The notes beneath the pieces were generated by a model. The model worked only from the letters and a program-made list of their open reading frames with translations, ran no database searches and was not told the origin of the DNA. From contig JBHLMQ010000011.1 in the NCBI GenBank assembly GCA_048938005.1, forward strand, positions 1 through 64,000: DNA of 64,000 bases, in the 5' to 3' direction. The stretch is from Promethearchaeota archaeon (GTDB lineage: Archaea > Asgardarchaeota > Lokiarchaeia > Sigyniarchaeales > SOKP01). Shown here in pieces: positions 10,503 through 21,171 of this stretch (position 1 is its first letter; every line of letters starts with the position of its first letter). The position numbers and the translations under genes are program-made.

Positions 10503-11468
10503 ATGGAAAAGAAGTTGTTAATAACTGGATCGGATGGATTTATAGGTAAAGAATTAAAAAATTATTTTTTAAAAGCAGGTTTTGAAGTCTTTGGAACAAC
10601 TTTTTTTAGACAGCCTATTGATAAGAAAGAAATACAGTTTGACATAAGAAAAAAAGAAAATTTTTCTGCATTATGGCATGATGAGGATTTTGATACAATA
10701 ATACATACAATTGGTTTAATGAATCAAAACGAACCTTATACATCCATGTATGCTATAAATGCTCAAGGTACTAAATATATGTGTGAGTATGCCAAATCTA
10801 GAGGTTGTAATCACCTGATTTTTACAAGCTCCGTAAGTATTTATGGAACTAAAGTAATTGGTGAAAATAGAACTGAAAATGATATAAAAAGAAAATATAA
10901 ACATTTTATAACGCCATATGGAAAATCTAAAGCTATTGCAGAACAATTTATTGAGAAGAGTGGTCTAAATTACACAAATTTAAGACTTCCGATTGTTTTA
11001 GGACATGGAGACACTTTCATTTCGCCTTCAATAGTTCCAAGATTAATCAATGATACGATTTTCACATGTGGAAAAAAGCCACGTAAAATTTCATTATTAT
11101 ATGTCAAGAATCTTGCTCCTCTTGCTGAGAGATTAATTAATATTGGGCCTCTTAATAAATCTCTAAATTGTATCTCACATACAATTTTCTGGGAAGATTT
11201 AGTAAAAGAATATGCAACTAATTTAGGTATTGAATATAACCCAAAAATAAAATCAAAATTGACCATTTTTACTAATTTTAAAAATAGGGATTATCAATTT
11301 ATAGCTTCTTATTCTGCATTTGGAGCACATTATTTAAGTGATAACCTTTTTAAAGTTTTGAATAATTGGAAACCTCCTTATGACTGGAAAGAGGGCGTTA
11401 AAGAAGCAATTGAGGGATATCTTGAAAGAAAAAATAAATATGAAAAATATTCAAGGAAAACTAATTAA
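10503..11468 (+). CDS. NAD-dependent epimerase/dehydratase (extended SDR)
   Basis: TGSDGFIG Rossmann motif and YGKSK catalytic motif. Confidence 0.88.
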   Translation: MEKKLLITGSDGFIGKELKNYFLKAGFEVFGTTFFRQPIDKKEIQFDIRKKENFSALWHDEDFDTIIHTIGLMNQNEPYTSMYAINAQGTKYMCEYAKSRGCNHLIFTSSVSIYGTKVIGENRTENDIKRKYKHFITPYGKSKAIAEQFIEKSGLNYTNLRLPIVLGHGDTFISPSIVPRLINDTIFTCGKKPRKISLLYVKNLAPLAERLINIGPLNKSLNCISHTIFWEDLVKEYATNLGIEYNPKIKSKLTIFTNFKNRDYQFIASYSAFGAHYLSDNLFKVLNNWKPPYDWKEGVKEAIEGYLERKNKYEKYSRKTN

Positions 11469-11517
11469 AAATTTATAATCGTCAAACAATCTTGATTTTT
11501 TAGTAATTTATTTATTA

Positions 11518-13353
11518 TTAGTCACTAAATAAAATCTCATCCCAAGGTTGTCTGTATAGTCCGGCACGTTGCCGTTTCTGATCAAATATATGTCCCATCA
11601 TCCCAATTGAACGTCCAAGGACAAACAACCCATTTAATGCTTCGCTGTATATAACATCTTCAATTTCATCTGGTGTAAAATCTAAATTCTCTAATAAATC
11701 TAAAAAAGTAATCCCTATACAACCGTCAACATTTAATATAAGGTTATTCCTTTTAGCTGTTGTTAGTTTCTCTACTTCTAAAGCAAAATCTAAGTGCGGA
11801 TGCTTTTTGAAATTCTTAAATACAAATTCCTTTAGTAATACAACTCTGACATCGGGATTTTGAACTGATTTAATTCGATGTCCTATTCCTGGAATATTAA
11901 TTTTTACCACATCTTTCATATATTTGACGAACTCTGGAGGTTTCATTCTCTTTTGCAAAGCTTCTCTTACGTATTTTGCAGCATCTGATATTGCTCCTCC
12001 AAATCTAGGCCCAATAGTTAGAATTCCACTCGCGAGAGCTGACATTAGATCTTTCCCAGCACGCGCAGTAATAATTGCGTTATGTGCTCCCGATACTGCT
12101 GGACCATGATCTGCTGTTAATTTAATTACTATTTCAATAAATTGTTGAGCAAATTCTGGTAACTCTCGCTTAAACCATAAAAGTCCAATAACATATCCAA
12201 TTGATCGATTATCCCTAATGATATCATCTAATCCAACCCCAGCAAATGTAGGAACATCGCCTCGATCATCACTAATAGTTACAACTACATCGGAGGGTCT
12301 TCTAACTAATCCTAATCTTACAGCTTCATTGAAATCCGTTGGAATTTTGGGAGGCTTAATATCTTTAGCAGGTTCAAGTTTCCCTTCTTGAACTAGTTTT
12401 TCATATGTTTTTTTAATTAATTTATCAAAATCTTCATAAGATTCAGGAACAAGGGCTCCTGCTTCCTTAAGAGCTTGGTTTTTAGCTTCTGCTGTCTCTT
12501 TTGAAGTACCTGCCATAGCACCAGCATGTCCAAATTGTAAACCTTGGGGCAAAATCTTAGCTGCTGTACCAGTAACCCATATAACGAGTGGTTTAGTAAT
12601 CTTACTATTTTTTAAAGAATTTACTATCTCATATTCTTCTGTTCCTCCTATTTCTCCCAGACAGACTAACATTTTAATATTTGGATTTACCTCATAACGT
12701 AAAAGATGATCAATTAATCGCGAACCAGGATAGCGATCTCCTCCAATTGCGATGGATTCATAAACTCCATCTGTAGTTTGTGCTATCATAAAATTCATTT
12801 CATTGCTTAAACCACCTGACTTAGACACAAATCCTACTGACCCTGGGCGATATAGCTTTGAAAGGATGATATTTTCAAGTGTTCCTGCTGTATTAGCGAT
12901 CTTAAATGCCCCAGCTTTGATACCACCTACGGTTGCTGGACCTATGATGATTTTGTTTTTCTCATTAGCGATTTTTATCAAGAATCTACTTTGCCTTTCT
13001 GGAACACCTTCTGCAATTATAACAACCACACGAATAGTTTCTGCTTCAAGTGCTTCTTTACTTGTATCATAAGCAGATCGAAATGATGCGAAATTTATCA
13101 TAACATCAGCATTGGGATGCTTTTTAACTGCCATTTCCAATGTTTTATAAACTGGGATGACAATTTCTTTACTTCCCCAAAAAACTTTATGATATGCTAT
13201 TGCTGCTTCTTGAGTAGGTCTAATCATGGCAGCAACAGAAGGTTTTTTACGTCTACAAACGTAATCAAAATCAAGCATTCTCTGAACTGGATTTACCTGG
13301 AATCCATATATTATTGCCTGCGTATCTTCATTAAACAATTCATAACTTTCCAT
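11518..13353 (-). CDS. aclA: ATP-citrate lyase alpha subunit (CoA-binding plus citryl-CoA lyase domains)
   Basis: QRMLDFDYVC, NFASFRSA, QFGHAGA phospho-His motif, ADHGPAVSG, GIGHRIKS and LNVDG motifs. Confidence 0.95.
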   Translation of the reverse strand: MESYELFNEDTQAIIYGFQVNPVQRMLDFDYVCRRKKPSVAAMIRPTQEAAIAYHKVFWGSKEIVIPVYKTLEMAVKKHPNADVMINFASFRSAYDTSKEALEAETIRVVVIIAEGVPERQSRFLIKIANEKNKIIIGPATVGGIKAGAFKIANTAGTLENIILSKLYRPGSVGFVSKSGGLSNEMNFMIAQTTDGVYESIAIGGDRYPGSRLIDHLLRYEVNPNIKMLVCLGEIGGTEEYEIVNSLKNSKITKPLVIWVTGTAAKILPQGLQFGHAGAMAGTSKETAEAKNQALKEAGALVPESYEDFDKLIKKTYEKLVQEGKLEPAKDIKPPKIPTDFNEAVRLGLVRRPSDVVVTISDDRGDVPTFAGVGLDDIIRDNRSIGYVIGLLWFKRELPEFAQQFIEIVIKLTADHGPAVSGAHNAIITARAGKDLMSALASGILTIGPRFGGAISDAAKYVREALQKRMKPPEFVKYMKDVVKINIPGIGHRIKSVQNPDVRVVLLKEFVFKNFKKHPHLDFALEVEKLTTAKRNNLILNVDGCIGITFLDLLENLDFTPDEIEDVIYSEALNGLFVLGRSIGMMGHIFDQKRQRAGLYRQPWDEILFSD

Positions 13354-14646
13354 TTATAATTCACCCTTCATTTTTTCAATCATTCTTGCAACAGGACGCG
13401 TCATACTGTTATAACGGTCATAAATTTCAATAGGAATACCGGTTTCTTCTCCAACTTGTCTCATTAATTCTAAACCCTGCTTCTCATTGGGACCCCCTCT
13501 ACGAACTAATATTTTAACATTTGCTTTCTTTAATTTATCAACTGATTTTTTAATTGCACTAACAATACCCGAAAAAGTTGCTTTTACATCAGTAAAATTT
13601 GCAATTCCTCCTCCAATAATTAAATATTTTTCTTTTCCTTTTGGATTAGGTTTTTCTGTTATGAGATCTATCAATGTTTGGGCATATATTTCTGTATGTT
13701 CTTGACTAGGATTTCCACTATACTCACCATAATTACCGAGTTCTTCCGAAAAACCAAGATCAGCAATAGTATCTGTATATATAACTGACGCTCCTCCTCC
13801 AGCTACCATTGTCCATACATTTCCTTCTCGATTTAGGATAGTTAACTTAAGAGAAGCTCCCGTTTTTTCATCAAGTTCCTTTATCTTAGATTCTTCTATA
13901 CTCATTTTCTGTCCAAATCCTGCCGGAAATTCAATAGGATTCGATGGATTTCCCCATGTATCTGTATGAAGAAATGCTGCAGTGTCATCTAAACGAGCTT
14001 TTACATCTAATGGAACAATTCTTTTATCTTTTGTTATCGCAAAAGGATTGATTTCCAGAAATGTAAAATCTTGATCTATAAAAACTTGGTAAAATCCTTT
14101 TATGAAAGGAATTAAAACATCTTTTAAATCTCCTAAATCGGGTAATTTGTTTTCTAAATCATAAGTTTTAATATCTGTACCAATTGGAATGGGAATATGT
14201 GTAACCTTCTCCCAATTTTCTTCAATAAATATACCTCCCTCAAAACTAAAATGAATTATATCGGAATCTCTTTCAGATGTTATAGAAACATAATATTCTT
14301 TATCATGTGGAATAAACGGTTCAACAATTAAACGTGTTAATTCTCCTTTTATGCTCCCAATAACAAATTCTTTATTTAATTTTTCTTTACAGAATTTTAC
14401 TACTTTGTTATAATCAGCATCTAATAAAATTAATTTTGCCTTACCTCTTTTTCCAAAGAGTTGATCTGGTTTAACTACTACTCTATCCGATTTAATCCAT
14501 AAATTTTTTTCAACTAATTTGTCTAAATCTGTATCGCTTTCTATTATTGCCAGTTTATTATGATAATTAAAGTCTGAGTAATATTTTGGTAATTCCCTAG
14601 CTAAAAGTATTTTTGCATCATATTCATAAATATTTTTCTGTGCCAA
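13354..14646 (-). CDS. aclB: ATP-citrate lyase beta subunit (ATP-grasp, citrate-binding)
   Basis: VKPDQLFGKRGK, LEINP, MVAGGGASV, NYGEYSG, GGIANFT and RRGGPN motifs; abuts aclA. TTG start at 14646 or 14655. Confidence 0.93.
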   Translation of the reverse strand: MAQKNIYEYDAKILLARELPKYYSDFNYHNKLAIIESDTDLDKLVEKNLWIKSDRVVVKPDQLFGKRGKAKLILLDADYNKVVKFCKEKLNKEFVIGSIKGELTRLIVEPFIPHDKEYYVSITSERDSDIIHFSFEGGIFIEENWEKVTHIPIPIGTDIKTYDLENKLPDLGDLKDVLIPFIKGFYQVFIDQDFTFLEINPFAITKDKRIVPLDVKARLDDTAAFLHTDTWGNPSNPIEFPAGFGQKMSIEESKIKELDEKTGASLKLTILNREGNVWTMVAGGGASVIYTDTIADLGFSEELGNYGEYSGNPSQEHTEIYAQTLIDLITEKPNPKGKEKYLIIGGGIANFTDVKATFSGIVSAIKKSVDKLKKANVKILVRRGGPNEKQGLELMRQVGEETGIPIEIYDRYNSMTRPVARMIEKMKGEL

Positions 14647-14917
14647 GATTATCAAACTCTCAAAATTATTTAGAAAAATTTCATTAAGCCAATAATTTAG
14701 GTAGAAAGTGTTTTCTAATAAATTTTCTTACTCTAATAATATGGGAAATCTTTCCCTGACATAAAAACCGTTAAAGAAGAATTTAAGCGAGTTATAGATT
14801 TATAAAAGGATAATAGCATAAATAATTCAAACTCTTCTTTTTCGTTATTTCAAGGATCAATTTATTAAAGATTTAAACGAATTAAATTATATCAAAAAAT
14901 ACAGTTGAAAATTAATT

Positions 14918-16336
14918 TTGAAAACTTCTGAGAAAGTTAAAAAATCAGCCAATATTGAGGAACCCCCCACAGGAAAAATGATAATGTTCTCTATGGGATA
15001 TTTCCTTAATGGTTTTTTAATTGTTGCTTTTGGTAGTTTTGTTTGGCATTATTACGAGATCGAGCTTGGCTTAATTAGTATAATTAATTTATGGCCACTC
15101 TATTTATGGATTATCTTTGTAGTATTTACACTATTTAGTATGATTACTAATCCTATTATAGGTTATCTTACTGATAAGCCTATGAAATGGACAAGAAAGA
15201 GGGGATTTCATACTCCTTGGATTATAATTGGGGGTATTCCTCTTGTTATCCTTTTTTTTTTAATTTTCACGCCACCCGCAGTAACAGGAAGTGAAAGTGT
15301 ATTTCCTATACTATTTTATTTTTTAATTACAGTTTTTTTATACGACATATGTTATTCACTGTTTCAAACTCATTCTTTTGGGGCTTTTCCAGCTCATTTT
15401 CGGGGTGATAAGGTCCGAAGAAAAGCGGGGATGGTGACTCAAATATTTATTTTTTTAGCAAATTTTTTAGCAACAACAATTTGGTCAATTATTATCATTC
15501 CTGGAAAACCTGGAACGTTCACTATAGCTGCTTTTATAAGTTTTATCACTTTAGGGATTTCTTTAGCTATTTTTATCCCTGGTTCAAAAGAATCAGATGA
15601 GATAAAAGCGCGTTTTATTTTAGGTTATAAAACAGCCGAAAAGAAATCCTTTTTTTGGACTATGAAAATGGCGATAAAGCAAAAAAATTTTATGTTAGCT
15701 CTTTTGACTTATATTTTTTTTATGATAGCACTTGGTTTAATGAGTACGAATACTGTAAATTTTGTCGATGATGTTTTACAAAGAGGACAAATAATAAGAA
15801 TGTATGGGTCCATTTTTATGTTAATTACTTCTACTTTAACAATGCCTATTTGGATTCGTGTTGCAAGGAAGATTGGTCATTCTAACACATATACTATCGG
15901 TTTATTATTGTTCGGTTTTAGCTTATTATTATACTCCTTTGTTTCAGAAATAATTGGATTCTATATAGTTAATTCTCTGAGTGGGATGTCAGTTGCTATG
16001 TTTACCATTATGTTATCCCCTGTGTTTGCTGATTGTTATGATGAGATTGCAGTAAAAACCAAAAAACATCTTGAATCAACATTAATAGGCATTAGAAACT
16101 TATTTTTACGACTTTCAAGTATAATCCAAGTTTTAATCATTGCAATTGTACATATTATAACCGTTTATAACCCCATTAGCCCGAGTCAGGACGCGTTAAA
16201 AGGACTACGCCTGATACAAGGACTTCTTCCCTACATTTTCTGTATCACAGCAGCTTTAATCTTCTATAATTGGTACGATTTAAAAGGAAGAAAAAAGCAA
16301 GAAATAATGCAAAAATTAAAAGAAATGGGTTTATGA
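14918..16336 (+). CDS. MFS transporter (GPH/MelB-like)
   Basis: About 12 hydrophobic segments; NPIIGYLTD and ADCYDE motifs. Confidence 0.85.
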   Translation: MKTSEKVKKSANIEEPPTGKMIMFSMGYFLNGFLIVAFGSFVWHYYEIELGLISIINLWPLYLWIIFVVFTLFSMITNPIIGYLTDKPMKWTRKRGFHTPWIIIGGIPLVILFFLIFTPPAVTGSESVFPILFYFLITVFLYDICYSLFQTHSFGAFPAHFRGDKVRRKAGMVTQIFIFLANFLATTIWSIIIIPGKPGTFTIAAFISFITLGISLAIFIPGSKESDEIKARFILGYKTAEKKSFFWTMKMAIKQKNFMLALLTYIFFMIALGLMSTNTVNFVDDVLQRGQIIRMYGSIFMLITSTLTMPIWIRVARKIGHSNTYTIGLLLFGFSLLLYSFVSEIIGFYIVNSLSGMSVAMFTIMLSPVFADCYDEIAVKTKKHLESTLIGIRNLFLRLSSIIQVLIIAIVHIITVYNPISPSQDALKGLRLIQGLLPYIFCITAALIFYNWYDLKGRKKQEIMQKLKEMGL

Positions 16337-16445
16337 AAAGAAATAATTCAATCTATAATTGGATTTCAATTTAATATTTAATTTTGGTAAAATAATATTA
16401 ATAATTCGATTGAATTACAAATATATAAAAAAAGTAAAAAAGATA

Positions 16446-17489
16446 ATGAACTCGAGGGAATTAACTCTTTCTGCAATTAATGGCATACCTGAAAAGATCC
16501 CATTTAATCCATTTATTATGCATATGGCCGCCAGTTTAGCTAATGTAGATTATAATCATGAGTATTGTCAAAAACCAGAGGTTCTTGTTGATTCACAAAT
16601 TAAATGTGCTGAATTCTTTGGTATCCATCATGTGAATGTGTCAACCGATGCTTACAGAGAAGCAAACGCGTGGGGTGTTGAAATTGATTGGGAAAGCCAT
16701 ACGCCTGTAGCTAAAACTCATATTAAGATTGAAGATTTTGAATCAATCGAAACTCCTTTATTGCTTGAAAATCAGAGAATCATAAATAGGATCAATGCTG
16801 TTAAAAAATTTTCAGAAAAAATTGGTGGAAGTCAATGCATAATAGGGTGGATTGAAGCTCCTTTCGCTGAAATATGTTGTTTATTTGGATTAGTTAATGT
16901 TCTTCTACAATGTAGAAACAGTGATTGGGTTGAAAAAATAAAACAATTAATTACTAGAATACTACCTGTACAAAAAGAATTTGCCAAATTGCAGATTGAA
17001 GCTGGAGCAGATATAATTGGAGCTGGCGATTCCGCTATTTCTCAGATTGGTCCTATGAGATATGAAAAATGTTGCTTAGGTGCTACAAAAGAACTATTTA
17101 AGTACATCCAAAAAGATGTACCAGTGCTCTATCACGTGTGTGGAGATAATGATATTATTGACAAAGATGGTAGAGATATGTTAAAATCAATTTCAAGCAC
17201 CAATGCAGCAATCTTAGATTTAGATTATCAAATAGATTTAAAGATGGCAAAATTAAAAATTGGAAACAGAAATTGTATAAGAGGAAACACTAATACACAA
17301 ATTCTTGGAAGTCCAAAATATTCCATTTCGAGAATAATTGAAGAAATTACAAAAACAATTGAGTTTGGAAAGCCAGGTGGAATGTATATGTATGCGGCAG
17401 GGTGCGAATGGCCATGGGAACCGAAAAATATGGCAGTTAGAAATCTGGGAATAGCTAAAGCGTTAATTGAAAAATTAGGATTGTATTAG
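16446..17489 (+). CDS. Uroporphyrinogen decarboxylase / MtaA-CmuA methyltransferase family protein
   Basis: MNSRE start, EANAWG, EAPF, QIEAGADII, YHVCG, RGN and GCE motifs. Start placed at ATG 16446. Confidence 0.85.
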   Translation: MNSRELTLSAINGIPEKIPFNPFIMHMAASLANVDYNHEYCQKPEVLVDSQIKCAEFFGIHHVNVSTDAYREANAWGVEIDWESHTPVAKTHIKIEDFESIETPLLLENQRIINRINAVKKFSEKIGGSQCIIGWIEAPFAEICCLFGLVNVLLQCRNSDWVEKIKQLITRILPVQKEFAKLQIEAGADIIGAGDSAISQIGPMRYEKCCLGATKELFKYIQKDVPVLYHVCGDNDIIDKDGRDMLKSISSTNAAILDLDYQIDLKMAKLKIGNRNCIRGNTNTQILGSPKYSISRIIEEITKTIEFGKPGGMYMYAAGCEWPWEPKNMAVRNLGIAKALIEKLGLY

Positions 17490-17562
17490 ATTTAGTATAA
17501 ACTTTTTTTATATATTTATTCTAATTAAAAATATTAAAAACTAATTTATATTGTGAGAAAAT

Positions 17563-18942
17563 TTGAATTTTCGCATTGAAAAGGATGTTTTAGGGGAGGT
17601 AGAAGTCCCGACTAGTGCGTATTGGGGCATCAATACTCAAAGAGCAATTCAAAACTTTAAAATAAGTGGACAGACTTTCCCTAAAATATTCATAATATCA
17701 TTAGCACAACTGAAAAAAGCTTGTTTATTAGCAAATTTAGAGTTAAAATTAATTGATAAAGAGAATGGGAATGCTATCCTTCAAGCAGTTAATGAAATTT
17801 TAGAAGGAAATAAATATTTGGATCAATTTCCAATTGATATTTTTCAAACTGGGTCTGGAACTCAAACAAATATGAATATGAATGAAGTTATAGCTAATCG
17901 TGCAAATGAAATTTTAGGGTATCCTTTGGGTAAAAAATTTCCAGTACATCCTAATGATCATGTAAACAAGGGTCAATCTTCCAATGATGTAATCCCTAGT
18001 ACAATGCATTTATCCGCTTTATATATGATTCAAAAACTATTTACCCCTTTAGAAAGGTTGATAGATCAATTAGATCATAAAATGAAAGAGTTTCAAGATA
18101 TAGTTAAAGTAGGTAGAACACATCTTCAAGATGCTGTCCCAATCCCGTTATCTTTAGAATTTGAAGTATATAAAAAACAAATCGAAACTAACATAGAGAG
18201 ATTACGTAACACATGCAATGAATTATCTTTTATTCCAATTGGAGGTACAGCATTAGGAACAGGACTAAATACTCATAAAGATTTTGCCCGACTTACTGTG
18301 TCTCATCTCGTTAAAATCACTCATTTACCATTTAAAGTAAATCCTGTGAAAGCCGAAGGAATTGCTTCACATAATACAATAGTTAAAGTTAGTGGTAATT
18401 TACGTTTATTAGCATTATCCCTACTAAAAATGGCTAATGATATTCGTTGGATGGGGAGCGGACCTCGAGCAGGATTATCGGAATTAATGTTACCACAAAA
18501 TGAACCTGGATCCTCAATAATGCCCGGTAAAATAAATCCAACTCAATCCGAGGCATTAATCCAAGTATGTCTCCAAGTAATTGGGAATGATTCCGTAATT
18601 TCTTTTGGAGAGGCGCATGGGAGTATATTGGATTTGAATGTGTGCAAACCCGTTATGATAATAAATCTGCTTGAATCAATTGAAATTTTGATTGGAGGGA
18701 TTAATTCTTTTGTTGATCATTGCTTAATAGCCTTGAAGGCCAATAAAGATCAAATTAATGATCAACTAGAGCGAATGCTTATGGTAGTCACAAGATTAGC
18801 ACCAATAATTGGTTATGATAAATGTTCAGAGATAGCTCATAAAGCATTTAAAGAAGGAAAAACATGTAGACAAGTTATAAAAGAGATAGGTTTAGAAATA
18901 GATAATTTAGATGAGTTATTAGATCCAAAAAAAATGGTATAA
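17563..18942 (+). CDS. fumC: Class II fumarate hydratase
   Basis: FQTGSGTQTNMN, HPNDHVN.GQSSND, GRTHLQDA and GSSIMPGKINP signatures. Confidence 0.93.
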   Translation: MNFRIEKDVLGEVEVPTSAYWGINTQRAIQNFKISGQTFPKIFIISLAQLKKACLLANLELKLIDKENGNAILQAVNEILEGNKYLDQFPIDIFQTGSGTQTNMNMNEVIANRANEILGYPLGKKFPVHPNDHVNKGQSSNDVIPSTMHLSALYMIQKLFTPLERLIDQLDHKMKEFQDIVKVGRTHLQDAVPIPLSLEFEVYKKQIETNIERLRNTCNELSFIPIGGTALGTGLNTHKDFARLTVSHLVKITHLPFKVNPVKAEGIASHNTIVKVSGNLRLLALSLLKMANDIRWMGSGPRAGLSELMLPQNEPGSSIMPGKINPTQSEALIQVCLQVIGNDSVISFGEAHGSILDLNVCKPVMIINLLESIEILIGGINSFVDHCLIALKANKDQINDQLERMLMVVTRLAPIIGYDKCSEIAHKAFKEGKTCRQVIKEIGLEIDNLDELLDPKKMV

Positions 18943-19107
18943 ATTTTAAGGTTAAAATACGACAATTAAAATACTGTGTATAATAAACACAAAATTAAGA
19001 AAATTTGTTAAGGCAAATTAATAATTTAACTCAAATCTGCTTTACTAATCGCAAACGTTTAAAAACAAATATTTTAACTATTTAATTACGATGTATAAAG
19101 ATGAGGC

Positions 19108-20148
19108 TTGATGGTTGAACCTGGAATAAAAATTTTTAAGTTAAATTTTGATGGAACTTTTGATGAGATTGCATATGAAAACATAAAAGAAGTCTTTACT
19201 ATCGTTAATATTTTGGCCATTTATATCCAAAAAATAAAAACAATGTACATATGGATTGGAAGGAACGCAACTCAAGCCTTAAAGAACCATATTTCTCAAA
19301 TCCGTGTATTATTGAAAGAAGAGTTTCCTCAATTTAGAATTATCAGAAATATCACTTTTGATATGAAATCAGAACCATTTGAATTCTTTCAGAATTTGAA
19401 TATCAAAAAAGACGAATTATATGAATTAATTAATTATCAAGAAAAGACTGTCCTCCCTATGTTAGAGAAAATAGAGGAGCTAAAAGAGAAATCAGAAACA
19501 TTGATAAAATCTGAACAATATAAGAACGCGATTGAATTAATGAAAGAAATAATAACATTAGCACAAAAAATTAATGATGATGCTCTTGTTACAGAACAAA
19601 AAAGGTTAATTTTTGAATTGACAAAAAAATTTGAAGATAAGCAAATAGTTTCCGAAATTGAGGAAGAAGCTATTCGGATTGAAAAAGAATATAATGAATT
19701 AATCAAATCGAAAAGGGTATTAGAAGCTCATAATTTAGTTAAAACCTTCATGAAAAAATATGAGACTATATACGATTTATCATTGATTTCAAGTGCTAAA
19801 GATTTGATATTAAAAGAGAAAAAAAAATGGATAGCGGAACATGAGAAAATTAGAAATGATCTCTTAACAATGGAAAAAGAATTTAAGAAATTTTTAGAAG
19901 ATTTGGATATCTATGGTGCAACTGAGATTTATGAAAAAGGATCAAATCTCCTTTCTAATCTTGTTGATGAGGAAATTAAAACAAAATGGGATAATTTTCG
20001 AACGAACTTGCTTGCTGCCAAGCAATTACTAGAGAAGATAGAGGTCTTAAGTAGAAATGGTATTGATGCTCTAAATGATGGTTCTTGTTCAGAATCTTTA
20101 AAATTTTTTGAACAAATAATATCTCAATTACAAGAATATATTAAATAA
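19108..20148 (+). CDS. Gelsolin-like N-terminal domain followed by a helical/coiled-coil region
   Basis: N-terminal ~90 aa with MYIWIGRNA...SEPFEF resembles a gelsolin repeat; the rest is E/K-rich helical. Confidence 0.55.
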   Translation: MMVEPGIKIFKLNFDGTFDEIAYENIKEVFTIVNILAIYIQKIKTMYIWIGRNATQALKNHISQIRVLLKEEFPQFRIIRNITFDMKSEPFEFFQNLNIKKDELYELINYQEKTVLPMLEKIEELKEKSETLIKSEQYKNAIELMKEIITLAQKINDDALVTEQKRLIFELTKKFEDKQIVSEIEEEAIRIEKEYNELIKSKRVLEAHNLVKTFMKKYETIYDLSLISSAKDLILKEKKKWIAEHEKIRNDLLTMEKEFKKFLEDLDIYGATEIYEKGSNLLSNLVDEEIKTKWDNFRTNLLAAKQLLEKIEVLSRNGIDALNDGSCSESLKFFEQIISQLQEYIK

Positions 20149-20162
20149 AAAGGAGAAATAAT

Positions 20163-21158
20163 TTGACAAAAGATCAAGCTAAAAACGTAGAGGAAAAAGA
20201 AGAAAAAAGAAAAATTAGAGTCATTGCCCAAATTGATGAATTTCTTGGTGTTCAAGGTCAAGCATATATTAAAGGAAAATTAAAAGAAGTTTTATCAGTG
20301 GCCCATCAGATCATAGACATAGCTAAATCTGAGAATTTAAAATCATTTATTAGAGATCAAAAAGATCTAATTGCTAAAATTGAAAAGCTATTAAAAGAAA
20401 GAGAAGAACAGGAACGTGAAAGAATAAGTGCTGAAAAAGAAAGGCTAAGACTTGAAAGAATTAAAAATTTAAAGATTGAATTAAACCAATTGGAACATAA
20501 ATTTAATGCAGGACTTATTGCAGAGGACTTTTTAAAAACAGAGGAGGCTATTAAAAATGCAAAAAATCTACTTTTGAACCTTGATGATACTAAATTAAGT
20601 AGCAAATGGGAGAACTTTGAGAAAAAACATATACGAGCTAAAACAAAAGAAGCACTTATTGAGAAAGCTCAAAATCTTATAAAAGAAAGCATTAATTTGA
20701 AAAAGAAATTTCTTTTTGACGATTTGAAGTTAAAATTATTAGATATGATGAATCAACTTAAAGACAACGGAATTTCAGAATATCTTAAAGAACTTGAAGA
20801 TATACAAACGAATATTATAAAAGCAGAGCAAAATTATTTGAATGTTGTACAAACCATAGATAAACTAGTACAAGAAATTGAAACTCTTCAAGTAGAAAAA
20901 GAATACGAAAATGCGATCGCAAAATGTGAAAATCTTCTTAAACTTGCTGAATCTATAAAAAAAAATGATTTAATTGAAACTTATTTAAAAGTTCTTATAA
21001 AACTTCAAAAAGATCTTAGTTTTCAAGAGCTTAAGGAAACTGTTAATAAGTTAAATGAAGAAGGATTAAGCTTATTAAAAAAGGGTAAAATATTACTTTC
21101 ACTTGAAAAGTTTAAGATGATTAAAGGATCAATAAATCACTTTCTAGAAGGATCTTAA
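20163..21158 (+). CDS. Helical-repeat / coiled-coil hypothetical protein
   Basis: 331 aa, E/K/L-rich; 14 nt downstream of the previous gene; segments resemble its helical part. Confidence 0.7.
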   Translation: MTKDQAKNVEEKEEKRKIRVIAQIDEFLGVQGQAYIKGKLKEVLSVAHQIIDIAKSENLKSFIRDQKDLIAKIEKLLKEREEQERERISAEKERLRLERIKNLKIELNQLEHKFNAGLIAEDFLKTEEAIKNAKNLLLNLDDTKLSSKWENFEKKHIRAKTKEALIEKAQNLIKESINLKKKFLFDDLKLKLLDMMNQLKDNGISEYLKELEDIQTNIIKAEQNYLNVVQTIDKLVQEIETLQVEKEYENAIAKCENLLKLAESIKKNDLIETYLKVLIKLQKDLSFQELKETVNKLNEEGLSLLKKGKILLSLEKFKMIKGSINHFLEGS

Positions 21159-21171
21159 TTATTTCTCAAAT

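Noticed and set aside
14743-14756. GGGAAA-TC-TTTCCC palindrome upstream of aclB, with loose look-alikes upstream of aconitase and the dehydrogenase
   Set aside because: Too short, and the other matches too degenerate, to support a shared regulon motif.
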